Origin: Candidatus Woesearchaeota archaeon
Lineage (GTDB): Archaea > Nanobdellota > Nanobdellia > Woesearchaeales > GW2011-AR4
Assembly (NCBI GenBank): GCA_016181305.1
Contig: JACOZN010000010.1
Coordinates: forward strand, 32,001 to 96,000
Reading direction: 5' to 3'
Length of the DNA: 64,000 bases
Part shown: positions 34,548-43,107 of the stretch, piece by piece
Numbering within the stretch: position 1 is the stretch's first letter
How the letters are laid out: every line of letters starts with the position of its first letter
Notes under the pieces: model-generated
Database searches by the model: none
What the model saw: the letters and a program-made list of their open reading frames with translations, nothing else
Told to the model about the DNA's origin: nothing
Made by a program: the position numbers and the translations under genes

Positions 34548-37531
34548 GCACCCCTGATTGGCTCTATTTTATGCGCCTTGCAGTCAAGATGCACGGAATC
34601 GGCATTGACCAAATTGTCAAATATTACTCCGCAGCCGATTGCTGCAGGAATCCCGAATTCAGCGCACCTTATTGACATATGCGAAGCCACTCCGCCGTAT
34701 TTTGTGATTAAGCCTGCAATGTTTCTTGTAAATACCCAGTCATAGCCCGGGTCGCCGCTCTCGATAAGGACAACCTTGTTTTCTATGTCACCAACGCTTT
34801 TTCCGTCAAACTTGCTTAGGTTTACCAGCTGGGCATTTACATTCTTTGCAGTTATGTAGTTGGGCCTTGGTGCATAGTAAGTAACAACATCCAAGTCACT
34901 TTCCGAGAAAATTATAGGCGGCAGCTCAATTTTGTTATTCAGCTCCCTTTCTTTTCTCCTTGAAGTTATTGCCCCTTTCCATTTCCCGGTAAGCTCCTCC
35001 CTGCCAAGATTTGCATTGCTGAACAAGGCATCAGCATCCAGCATGGCAAGCTCCTGCCTTGTAAAGCCCATTTCCTCTCCGGCAAGCGCTATAAGCTCGA
35101 GCGCGTCGCTCAGGTTTTTTGTGAACTGGAATTTTGAGAGCTCTCTTGCCTCCAAAGCTGATTTTGTGAATTCAAGCAGCTGCATTGCATCAAATTTCAG
35201 GCCTTCCTGCTTCAGGATTTTTGTAATTCTCTCATAAGCATCATTGTCTACTATAAAAGAATCTGAATGATCTTCATGCAAATCAAAGCTTAGGGTTTTC
35301 AATAGCCCGGGGTTTGACTCGTACCTTGGGCTTGTAATGTCGTAAGAGCCAGGCCTTAAGTGGTAGTATTTCTTTACGAAGTCGTCATGATTCATCGCGC
35401 CTGAGCCAAGCAGCCTGAAGTCCCTGCTCATTTCCTTGGCGACAGTGCTTATGGAGTTCATGAAATTGTCATAGAAGACAGAGCCTATTATGCTTTTGCG
35501 CACAAGGCTTTTCAATATTATTTTGCCGACAAATGCCAGCCTTGCCAGCCTTGAAAACTCAACTGTGCCCTTTTTCCTGCAGTCGCCAAGCAGGAATTTT
35601 GCATTGCCAAGCATGGCTTCAACTGAATTGCCATGGGCTGAATTTTTCCTTATCCTTTCCCTGTTTGATTCCATTTCCTTGAGGCGCTTCAAATCCTCCC
35701 GGATTGATTCTTTGGAATGCACCACAAGGCTGTTGGTTAGCTTTATCAGTGCTTGCTTAAGCTCTTCAATATCCTCTCTTGCAAAGCCTGATTTTGAAAG
35801 CTCCTCTGACCTTTCGCCAAACGCCATGTCATAGCATGTAAACAAAACCTCAAACTCCACCTTGTCCTGCATATCCGGATTTTTCTCGAGCTTGTCGAGA
35901 TAAAAGTCAACGAGCTTCTCGCGCAGCTTCTGCGACAATGCAGCAGGCACGAATGAGTTAAAAGTGTTCCTAACGTCGATATAAGGCTTGTTGCCGAGCA
36001 AAACAACAAGCTTTGCCGGGTTTACATTATAATATCCCTGCGATGTCCTTGCCTCGTGCCATGCGCTGCCTGTTATGAGATAGTCATAAAGCGAATAGTC
36101 AAGATAATTCGGGTTGTCGCCTATTATTTCAGCAGGATTCCAGTCCGGCATGTCGGCAAGGATTGTCCTTTTCCCGGCAAGATGGGGCTTTCTGGCTGAA
36201 AGCTCGGCGAACCTAGCCTTTAGCAAGTCAATCCTGCTTTTGACTTCAGCATCGTCAGTCTCGTATTTGTTGCTTGTTGTCAATGGCCTTACCTGAAAGA
36301 TTATCACTTCGTTTTTGTTGTTTACTGCAAACTCTATGTCAAGCCCTATATTCGGGGCTATGCCTTCTATCTCTTTTACAGCTGCCAGCAGGTTTTGCAT
36401 GCTGCCAGGCAGCGAGCTTATTTCAGCAAACCTTGATATTTTCATTGTATTGCTCTCGACGCCTTTTGTGACTGTATCTGATTTTCCGGTTGAGCTGTCA
36501 TAATTGACTACATAATAAGGAGAATTTTTTTCCAAGGATCTTGTAAGTATCACGCCGCTCATTACAATATTCTCTGTCTGCTGCTGAATAAGGACTTGGT
36601 TGAATGAATTCTCGGATGACTTGTGCTTGTACGAGCTTATTACTTTCTTTACAGCAGCCTCGATCTCCTTTGAATCTGCTGAGCCAACATTAAGCTCTGT
36701 TGCAAAATAGCCTGCCATTGAGCTGTCAAGAGTATCTTCGTTGACAGCAGAGCTCCTGACTGCGATTTTGAAAGGCTGGAATTCCTCTTTTACTCTTTTG
36801 AGCAGTTCGTCTTTTTTGTTCTTCCAGTCTGAGACAGAAAACACATATGATTTTTCAATCCTTGATTTTTTAAGCAACGGCTTGAGCGCAGTCAATGTGT
36901 CTGCTTTTGTCGAGATTATAACCTTGTTGCCTTTTTGGTACTCCTTGTCAAGCTTGACTTCCCCCTTTATCAATGACTCAAAGTGGATAACATCCTTCAG
37001 CTTGTCCTTGCTTTCTATAAGCTCTGTTATGATTTTATATGTTGAAAGCCTTCCATAATATGGATGTTGTATGACTTTGCCGCCTATTTGGCTTATGTAT
37101 TCAGAGCCGTGCACATAGCTTAAGTCAGAGCCGTGGACAAGTGTTATTTCTGCATCAGGGAACTCCTCGTGTATCTTCTTGAGGTTCTCTGTTGGGTCTC
37201 TTGAGTCCTGCACCATAACCCTGTCAACGCAGTTGAGGCTTGAAATTATGGATTTTCTTTCCTGAAGATTGGCAATCGGCTTTGCCCTGTATTCCTCCAC
37301 AGCCTTGTCAGTCAGCACACCAACTATATTATAGTCAGAAATAGACTTGGCAAACTGGATTGAATGCAGATGCCCGTAATGAAACAAATCTGCTGCAACT
37401 CCGCTGTATGCTATTCTCTTTATAGATGCTCTTTTTACCTCTACTATATCGCCTTCCCTGATGCTTGAGCCTGTAGGAATTGTAATGCACAGCTGGTTAT
37501 TGGATTTGTTTTTCCATACTATCTTTTTCAT
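34544..37531 (-). CDS. AbrB-like + HxGH cytidylyltransferase + PEP-utiliser-family kinase fusion; putative L-glutamine kinase (Cj1418-like)
   Basis: N-terminal 'NNQLCITIP...IREGDIVEV', 'ADLFHYGH', ATP-grasp 'AVRSSAVNED' and 'LDIEFA...IFQVRP', central 'MPDWNPAEIIG', C-terminal phospho-His 'TKYGGVASHMSIRCAEFGIPAAIG'. No PEP/pyruvate-binding barrel. Confidence 0.85.
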   Translation of the reverse strand: MKKIVWKNKSNNQLCITIPTGSSIREGDIVEVKRASIKRIAYSGVAADLFHYGHLHSIQFAKSISDYNIVGVLTDKAVEEYRAKPIANLQERKSIISSLNCVDRVMVQDSRDPTENLKKIHEEFPDAEITLVHGSDLSYVHGSEYISQIGGKVIQHPYYGRLSTYKIITELIESKDKLKDVIHFESLIKGEVKLDKEYQKGNKVIISTKADTLTALKPLLKKSRIEKSYVFSVSDWKNKKDELLKRVKEEFQPFKIAVRSSAVNEDTLDSSMAGYFATELNVGSADSKEIEAAVKKVISSYKHKSSENSFNQVLIQQQTENIVMSGVILTRSLEKNSPYYVVNYDSSTGKSDTVTKGVESNTMKISRFAEISSLPGSMQNLLAAVKEIEGIAPNIGLDIEFAVNNKNEVIIFQVRPLTTSNKYETDDAEVKSRIDLLKARFAELSARKPHLAGKRTILADMPDWNPAEIIGDNPNYLDYSLYDYLITGSAWHEARTSQGYYNVNPAKLVVLLGNKPYIDVRNTFNSFVPAALSQKLREKLVDFYLDKLEKNPDMQDKVEFEVLFTCYDMAFGERSEELSKSGFAREDIEELKQALIKLTNSLVVHSKESIREDLKRLKEMESNRERIRKNSAHGNSVEAMLGNAKFLLGDCRKKGTVEFSRLARLAFVGKIILKSLVRKSIIGSVFYDNFMNSISTVAKEMSRDFRLLGSGAMNHDDFVKKYYHLRPGSYDITSPRYESNPGLLKTLSFDLHEDHSDSFIVDNDAYERITKILKQEGLKFDAMQLLEFTKSALEARELSKFQFTKNLSDALELIALAGEEMGFTRQELAMLDADALFSNANLGREELTGKWKGAITSRRKERELNNKIELPPIIFSESDLDVVTYYAPRPNYITAKNVNAQLVNLSKFDGKSVGDIENKVVLIESGDPGYDWVFTRNIAGLITKYGGVASHMSIRCAEFGIPAAIGCGVIFDNLVNADSVHLDCKAHKIEPIRGA

Positions 37532-37534
37532 ATT

Positions 37535-37570
37535 TCACTAGTGAGACTAGTAAAACTATTTAAAGATTAC
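37535..37570 (-). promoter_or_regulatory. TATA box plus palindromic ACTAGT-N3-ACTAGT candidate operator upstream of the phosphoramidate operon
   Basis: Minus-strand CTTTAAATA at 37565-37557. Perfect palindrome TCACTAGTGA at 37535-37544 and a second ACTAGT at 37546-37551, between the TATA box and the ATG. Confidence 0.45.
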
Positions 37571-37632
37571 TATTTATGATGTTATTTAATATATAGGTTA
37601 AAATATAGATGTTTAAGAATAGAATAGTTATG

Positions 37633-38922
37633 TTAAATTAAACCTTTATTTTTCAAGCTATTATAAACAATCCCAGCCACAACTTTGCTGCCATAGTTGG
37701 AGTAGTGCCCGCCGTACTTGTTGTCATCAGAGTAGATGCCATTCAGGTCCTTGCGGTTAATCAAGTTCTGTGTAAGGTCAATCACATTCAATTTTTTGCC
37801 TGCACTTTCAATGAAATCACCATAATACGGCTTTTTTCTTTTCCTGTTGAAAAGCAGGTCATCCTTCTGCGGCATCAGTAGGAAAACAGGAACGAATTTG
37901 TTTTTCCTGCCGTAATTTGAAAATTCCTCGAGCAGTTTTTCAAACAGCTTTACAGCGTATTTGTTTTTTTGGTAAAGCCTGCACCTCAGCTTCAGGTTAA
38001 CCAACATAATGACTTTCATCGGCGCTGGATAAGGCTGGAGCTTGCCTTCTTTCCTGAACAATTTGTCCCATAAAACCAAAAATATAAGCGGGATGTTCCT
38101 TAAGGGGCTGCCCAGAATCGATACAAAATACGGGAATCTTATCATCTCTTTCCTGAACTTGTTCTCGTAGAAGTAATCGTGCTTCCTTATCCGGGGCAGG
38201 TATTTTTTGTAAACAAGAAATTTTTCCTCGCTGTCTATGAAATTCTTGACTAATTTCAGCTTTCCGTTTTTCAGGATAAACCTCGGCTTGAACCCGAATA
38301 TGTTTCCAAATTCATTGTAGTGCTTCCACATGTCCATTATCCTGACGATTGTCGAGGGGACAACAGCCATTATCACTATTTTTGTCCTGTTTCTTGGATA
38401 TTCCCTTTTCAGCCTCAAAAATGCCTGATCAATGCCGTAATTGCCGACTCCAAAATTCAGTACATTGGTTTTTGTAAGCTCTGAAAGATGCCACTGGCAT
38501 GTCTCGTTGTCATTAACCTGCCTGCCGAATATGAAGGAATCGCCATAAAAGGATATTTTCTTTGGGAGCTTTTCATGCCCGGGGTTGCTTCTTGAGCCGT
38601 TTTTGCCAATATGGTATTTTGTTATCCCGAACTTGCCGATTTCATCTTTTTCAGTATTGGGCTTTCTTGCCCAGCCAATCTCAGGATCATAGCCGTGGCT
38701 TATGAACTTTTTGAGCCCCTCCCTGCTGAATTCAGGATGCTCGTCTTCGGGAGTTATAAGCCACTGGAAGCTTTTCTTCAGGCTCTTAATCAGGAAATAC
38801 GACAGGATTTCCAGAACTAAAAGCGCTATGATATAATAGGCAAAAAGCCTGTAATATTTTATGAAAAGAAATATGCCTGCAAAAACAAGGACAGTGCATG
38901 CAATAAGCCTTTTTGTTTCCAT
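37633..38922 (-). CDS. Membrane-anchored SGNH/GDSL-family protein
   Basis: Two N-terminal TM helices, 'FYGDSFIFG', 'NFGVGNYGIDQA' and C-terminal 'GGHYSNYG'. Confidence 0.75.
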   Translation of the reverse strand: METKRLIACTVLVFAGIFLFIKYYRLFAYYIIALLVLEILSYFLIKSLKKSFQWLITPEDEHPEFSREGLKKFISHGYDPEIGWARKPNTEKDEIGKFGITKYHIGKNGSRSNPGHEKLPKKISFYGDSFIFGRQVNDNETCQWHLSELTKTNVLNFGVGNYGIDQAFLRLKREYPRNRTKIVIMAVVPSTIVRIMDMWKHYNEFGNIFGFKPRFILKNGKLKLVKNFIDSEEKFLVYKKYLPRIRKHDYFYENKFRKEMIRFPYFVSILGSPLRNIPLIFLVLWDKLFRKEGKLQPYPAPMKVIMLVNLKLRCRLYQKNKYAVKLFEKLLEEFSNYGRKNKFVPVFLLMPQKDDLLFNRKRKKPYYGDFIESAGKKLNVIDLTQNLINRKDLNGIYSDDNKYGGHYSNYGSKVVAGIVYNSLKNKGLI

Positions 38923-38939
38923 TTGCTGAAATTACCGAT

Positions 38940-40109
38940 TTATCTGTTTTTGTTTAAAAAATCAATTATGAACCTGGCGCCTGCGGCTGAAGAGCTGCCA
39001 AGGTTGAAAACGTGCTTTTTTCTTGCTTTTATAATTTCTTTCCTGTACTTAGCTTTTTCTTTTATCAGCTTTGCGGCTATTGAATCAATCTTGCCAACAT
39101 TATCCGGATGCAAAACAAACCCAATTTTGTTCCTTATTTTGATGTCGATAGGCTCTGTGCTGAATTTTCTGTATTCGGGGTTGTTTATTTTTATGGGAGT
39201 GTCTATGAACAGCACAGGCCTTTCTGTCCCGAAAGCATACTCATATACAACCCCTGACCAGTCGCTTATCATTATATCGGAGCTGTAAAAATTTTCAAGC
39301 GACGAGACATTCTCTTCTGCCATAAAATTTTTGAAATTCCTGAATTCATCATAAAGCGCGTCCAGAAATTCGGGATATTTTTTCCTTGTCATAGGGTGAG
39401 GCCTCAGAATCACTTCATAGTTTGACTCGAGCAGTTTTCTTACCAGTTTGCTGCCGCAGATGTCCAGCATGCTTGTCCTTTCCCCCCACGGGCCCCAGCC
39501 AGGCGCAACAAGTATCCTGGCCTTGAACTTTGTTTTCCTTTTTTTGCCTGCGCTTTTCCATTTTTTGTAGTCCCTATGTATTTTGTCCAGCCTGTAATAG
39601 CCGAATTTTACGATTTTTCTTTCAGGCAGCTTGTAAAGCTCCTCCTCATTCCTCAGCTCCCTGATATGATGGGGGCCGACTGCAAACATTATGTCATAGT
39701 AAAAAAGCCCTCCATGCCTTATTACATGGAAATAGCTGCCGATGTTGTGGAACAAATAAGCATGGCTGGCTCCCCTGACGGACTTTTTGATATGGAACTG
39801 GTTCAAGTCAGGCATTGTCATCAGCACAAGCTTTGAGTCCAGAAGCAGCATGAAAAATCCAAGCAAATGCCTTATGTAGAATGCATTAACGTTCTTTCTT
39901 TTGCTGTGCAGCATAGGGTCATTGCACTCTGATGTGACATAGCACAGCTTCATGTTGTGCCTGCCTGCAAGCTCGCCTATAATCCCCTCAAAAAAGGTGT
40001 AGTATGAGCTGTCTTCGGAATAAACCACAACATCCCTCTGGGCTTTGTCTAATTTGAAGAACCTGCGAAATTCCCTGAATTCCTTTGCAAACAGAGTCCA
40101 TTCTTTCAT
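38940..40109 (-). CDS. CDP-glycerol:glycerophosphotransferase (TagF/TagB)-like protein
   Basis: 'MTMPDL', 'YLFHNIGS', 'FGYYRLD', 'ILVAPGW', 'LRPHP', 'MISDWSGVVYEYAF..ERPVLFID' motifs. Confidence 0.8.
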   Translation of the reverse strand: MKEWTLFAKEFREFRRFFKLDKAQRDVVVYSEDSSYYTFFEGIIGELAGRHNMKLCYVTSECNDPMLHSKRKNVNAFYIRHLLGFFMLLLDSKLVLMTMPDLNQFHIKKSVRGASHAYLFHNIGSYFHVIRHGGLFYYDIMFAVGPHHIRELRNEEELYKLPERKIVKFGYYRLDKIHRDYKKWKSAGKKRKTKFKARILVAPGWGPWGERTSMLDICGSKLVRKLLESNYEVILRPHPMTRKKYPEFLDALYDEFRNFKNFMAEENVSSLENFYSSDIMISDWSGVVYEYAFGTERPVLFIDTPIKINNPEYRKFSTEPIDIKIRNKIGFVLHPDNVGKIDSIAAKLIKEKAKYRKEIIKARKKHVFNLGSSSAAGARFIIDFLNKNR

Positions 40110-40122
40110 AATAATTGGTTAA

Positions 40123-42006
40123 TTAATTTTGTTCGATTTTCTCGAGCTCTTTCTCCAAAAATCTTCTTTTTGTTATATTTACGTTATAAAGATTTAGTTT
40201 CTCCTGCGGGTCAGCATTGATATTAAACAGGGAGGAGTACATCCTGTTTTTCGGATCTTCCGGCTTTATCAGGAGAAGCTTCCACCCATCGTCAAAAATT
40301 GCCTGCTGCACGCTCTCATTCAGTTTTGGCCTTCCATAAAGCTCAGAAATCACGTAACTGCCGACAGGGCTTTTGTTAGTCTTAATCAGGGGGAGCAGGC
40401 TGGCGCTATCCACATTCCCAGGCGATTCGGTATTTGCCACGTCAAGCACTGTTGAAAATATGTCAATTGTGCTGACAGTCTCCTTTATCCTTTTTGGAGG
40501 CAGTTTGGCAGGGTAATAAATCAGCAAAGGAACGTGCACGTTCTCGTAGTATAAAGTATGGTGCATAAAGCCGCCGTGGTCGTAGAACTCCTCCCCGTGG
40601 TCTGCCGTGATTATTATCATTGTCTTGTCCTTCAAGCCCAGCTGGTCAAGCTTGCCAATCAGCTTTCCTATGCTGCTGTCAACAGAGTAGATTTCAGCAT
40701 CATAAAGCGCTTTTGCCATCTCTATTGTTGAGTTCGGAATCGGCAGGTACCTTTCAATTGCGTAAGAAGGCTTTGGCCTGTAAACAGTTGCAAGCTGTAT
40801 GTCTTTGTTTGTTTTCCAGACGTCATAAAGTGTTATCCTTTCATTGGAGAACATGCTCCTGTATTGCAGGCCGCGGTTGTAGGGATGATGGGGCTCGATG
40901 TAATGAACCCACAAAAAGAATTTGTTGTTTGAATTCTTCTCCAGAAACCTGAAAGCATCTCGGTTTATTTCCTCGGCTTTCCTCTCGCCGTCAGTCCTGA
41001 AAATGAAAGTGCGCATTCCGGGCATATAGTCAAGCAGCCTCTTCATGCTGAACTTATTGTAAGTCTGCGTGTATTCAAAAAAATCAAGCCTGTCCCTGTA
41101 TTCCATAAAGCCCTGTCCAGCCCCGTACTTTGACTTGATGTAAACAGCGCTAATCATGCCTGTTGTCACATAGCCCTTATCTTTCAGCAGTTCGCTGATA
41201 AGAAGCTCTTTTTCATTAATCACCGGATTCCTTAAGGTAGTATTATGGCGGTACTGGTATCTGCCGGTTAAAACAGACGCCATTGAAGTTTGGGTGTCCG
41301 GGCCGGGAGCTATGGCATTGTCAAATACAACAGAATGTTCCGCCAATTTGTTGAGATTTGGCGTGGTGTTCAGTTGATAGCCATAAAGAGAAAGGTGGTC
41401 AGCCCTTGTCGCGTCTATTGTTATCAGGATTATATTTGAGTAGTCTTTAAGCCTGCTGTCTGATTTGTAACCCGGGCTGTAATGCAGCATGTACACGTCA
41501 ATAAAAAGCGACACTGCAGCAAATACAAACATTGCAAAGATATAGTTTCCCAAAAACTTTTTTACTCTTGGCTTTTTCAGTTGCAGGAGAATCTGTGACA
41601 AAACATTCTTTCCTTTTAGGAAAATGGCAAAGCAGAATATCGCTGAAACTGCAACAACAAGCAGGCTGAGGCTGAACGATGCAGGCTCTATTATGCTCAA
41701 AGGGCTCAGCAGGAAGTTGTTTACAAGCACCAGGCCATAGAACATCAAAATAAACGATATTGTGCCAGCAACATAAGCATTCCTGGCTTGTTCCTGCTTT
41801 AGGGGTTTTCCGAACAACCAAACAAAAAATCCAAAAGCCAGAAAGAACAGCACAGACGCAGCAATCGATATAAACAATGCCTGGTAAAGCTCGAACCATT
41901 CGAAGCTCCATGAGAATATTCTGGCCAGTACATCAACTGTGCCGATTAAAGAGCCGGCCAGCAATCCTGCTGCGGCTGCGAGCTTTAAATGCCTTGTCAA
42001 TTTCAT
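40123..42006 (-). CDS. Membrane-bound sulfatase-fold (alkaline phosphatase superfamily) transferase, LtaS/EptA-like architecture
   Basis: About 5 N-terminal TM helices, 'NIILITIDATRADH', 'TTPNL', 'PDTQTSMASVLTG', 'WVHYIEPHHPY', 'ITADHGEEF' motifs. Confidence 0.82.
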   Translation of the reverse strand: MKLTRHLKLAAAAGLLAGSLIGTVDVLARIFSWSFEWFELYQALFISIAASVLFFLAFGFFVWLFGKPLKQEQARNAYVAGTISFILMFYGLVLVNNFLLSPLSIIEPASFSLSLLVVAVSAIFCFAIFLKGKNVLSQILLQLKKPRVKKFLGNYIFAMFVFAAVSLFIDVYMLHYSPGYKSDSRLKDYSNIILITIDATRADHLSLYGYQLNTTPNLNKLAEHSVVFDNAIAPGPDTQTSMASVLTGRYQYRHNTTLRNPVINEKELLISELLKDKGYVTTGMISAVYIKSKYGAGQGFMEYRDRLDFFEYTQTYNKFSMKRLLDYMPGMRTFIFRTDGERKAEEINRDAFRFLEKNSNNKFFLWVHYIEPHHPYNRGLQYRSMFSNERITLYDVWKTNKDIQLATVYRPKPSYAIERYLPIPNSTIEMAKALYDAEIYSVDSSIGKLIGKLDQLGLKDKTMIIITADHGEEFYDHGGFMHHTLYYENVHVPLLIYYPAKLPPKRIKETVSTIDIFSTVLDVANTESPGNVDSASLLPLIKTNKSPVGSYVISELYGRPKLNESVQQAIFDDGWKLLLIKPEDPKNRMYSSLFNINADPQEKLNLYNVNITKRRFLEKELEKIEQN

Positions 42007-42108
42007 TAAACATTACCTTTTGCAGGCTTAATATGAGTCGATAAAGCTCATAGCAAAAGACAGGCATTTTAAAATGTTTTGCTTTGATTTGCAGGACATA
42101 ATTTGCAC

Positions 42109-42960
42109 TTACCTTTCCAGAAGTATGTTGGCATACCTGCTTCCCTGGCATAATCTAATCAGCGAGGAGCTGCCAATCGGCTCTGTCCGCTTCTTTTTCT
42201 CGTTTATCAGCCTGATTTTGAATCCATGGCTTTCCAGCCTGCTTAAGAACTCCTGAGGGGAATCGCCGCATTTCATCAAGCCCTTTGGATAAAACTCGCA
42301 CACCAGCCTTATGACTTTACTTGACTCCAGCAATTTGGCCATGCCCTTCACTGCCAGAAACTCGGCGCCTTCAGCGTCAATCTTGACAAAATCTGGCTTT
42401 GCCTTGTTTCTGACGAAATTGTCTATCGTTATTGAATCCACTTCTATGGGCTTGCTTCCCGCGCCAAGATCTGACATGCTGTGGTCTCCCTTATAGGCTT
42501 CTGACACAAAAAATTTCACTTTTCCGGATTTGTCAGAAACGGCTTTTTTGACTGCTCTGACGTTTTTGCAGCTGTTTGCTTTTATGTTTTTTACGAGCAG
42601 CCTGTAGTTCTCAGGCTCCGGCTCGAATGCGTAAACCACCCCATTTTTGCCAACCAAATCTGAGAAAATTAAAGTGTAATAGCCTATGTTTGCCCCTATA
42701 TCATAAACAACCATTCCCTTTCTGACAATCCTGCCCAGCAGCTTTGCCTCAAAAGCCTCAAGCGCAGAAAACTTCCACAGCAGCAGCGCGAAAATCCTGT
42801 CAAGCGTGCCTGCATACATTTTGTGCATGCCGACTTTTACCATGATGTCTTTTCCAGGGCTAAAATGCCTGTTGACAAAACTGGCTATTTTTTTAGCCAT
42901 GCCACTGGAAGCAAGGCTCACAATAAATCCCGAAGCGCCATTCAGAACATTGAAGCCCAT
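42109..42960 (-). CDS. FkbM-family methyltransferase
   Basis: 'YDIGANIGYY', 'AFEPEP', 'KIDAEGAE' motifs. Confidence 0.9.
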   Translation of the reverse strand: MGFNVLNGASGFIVSLASSGMAKKIASFVNRHFSPGKDIMVKVGMHKMYAGTLDRIFALLLWKFSALEAFEAKLLGRIVRKGMVVYDIGANIGYYTLIFSDLVGKNGVVYAFEPEPENYRLLVKNIKANSCKNVRAVKKAVSDKSGKVKFFVSEAYKGDHSMSDLGAGSKPIEVDSITIDNFVRNKAKPDFVKIDAEGAEFLAVKGMAKLLESSKVIRLVCEFYPKGLMKCGDSPQEFLSRLESHGFKIRLINEKKKRTEPIGSSSLIRLCQGSRYANILLER

Positions 42961-43107
42961 TTTGGTTTTTAGAATCCAGCATTGTATATAAAATTATTGA
43001 AACAATGGCAAAACGCATTTGCATTTCCCTGAATCCTGCGTTTTTCACTACAAATTCAAAAGGGCAAAGTTTTAAAATAGGCGTTTTTTATAGGGTATTT
43101 TTGACAG

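Noticed and set aside
33059-37531. Phosphonate pathway, or PEP synthase/PPDK
   Set aside because: No PEP mutase or phosphonopyruvate decarboxylase is present. The kinase lacks the PEP/pyruvate-binding barrel and is flanked by Cj1416/Cj1417-like genes.
43010-43045. AAAACGCA...TGCGTTTT inverted repeat in a divergent spacer
   Set aside because: Only 8 bp with a long loop and no flanking duplication, which is too weak to call.
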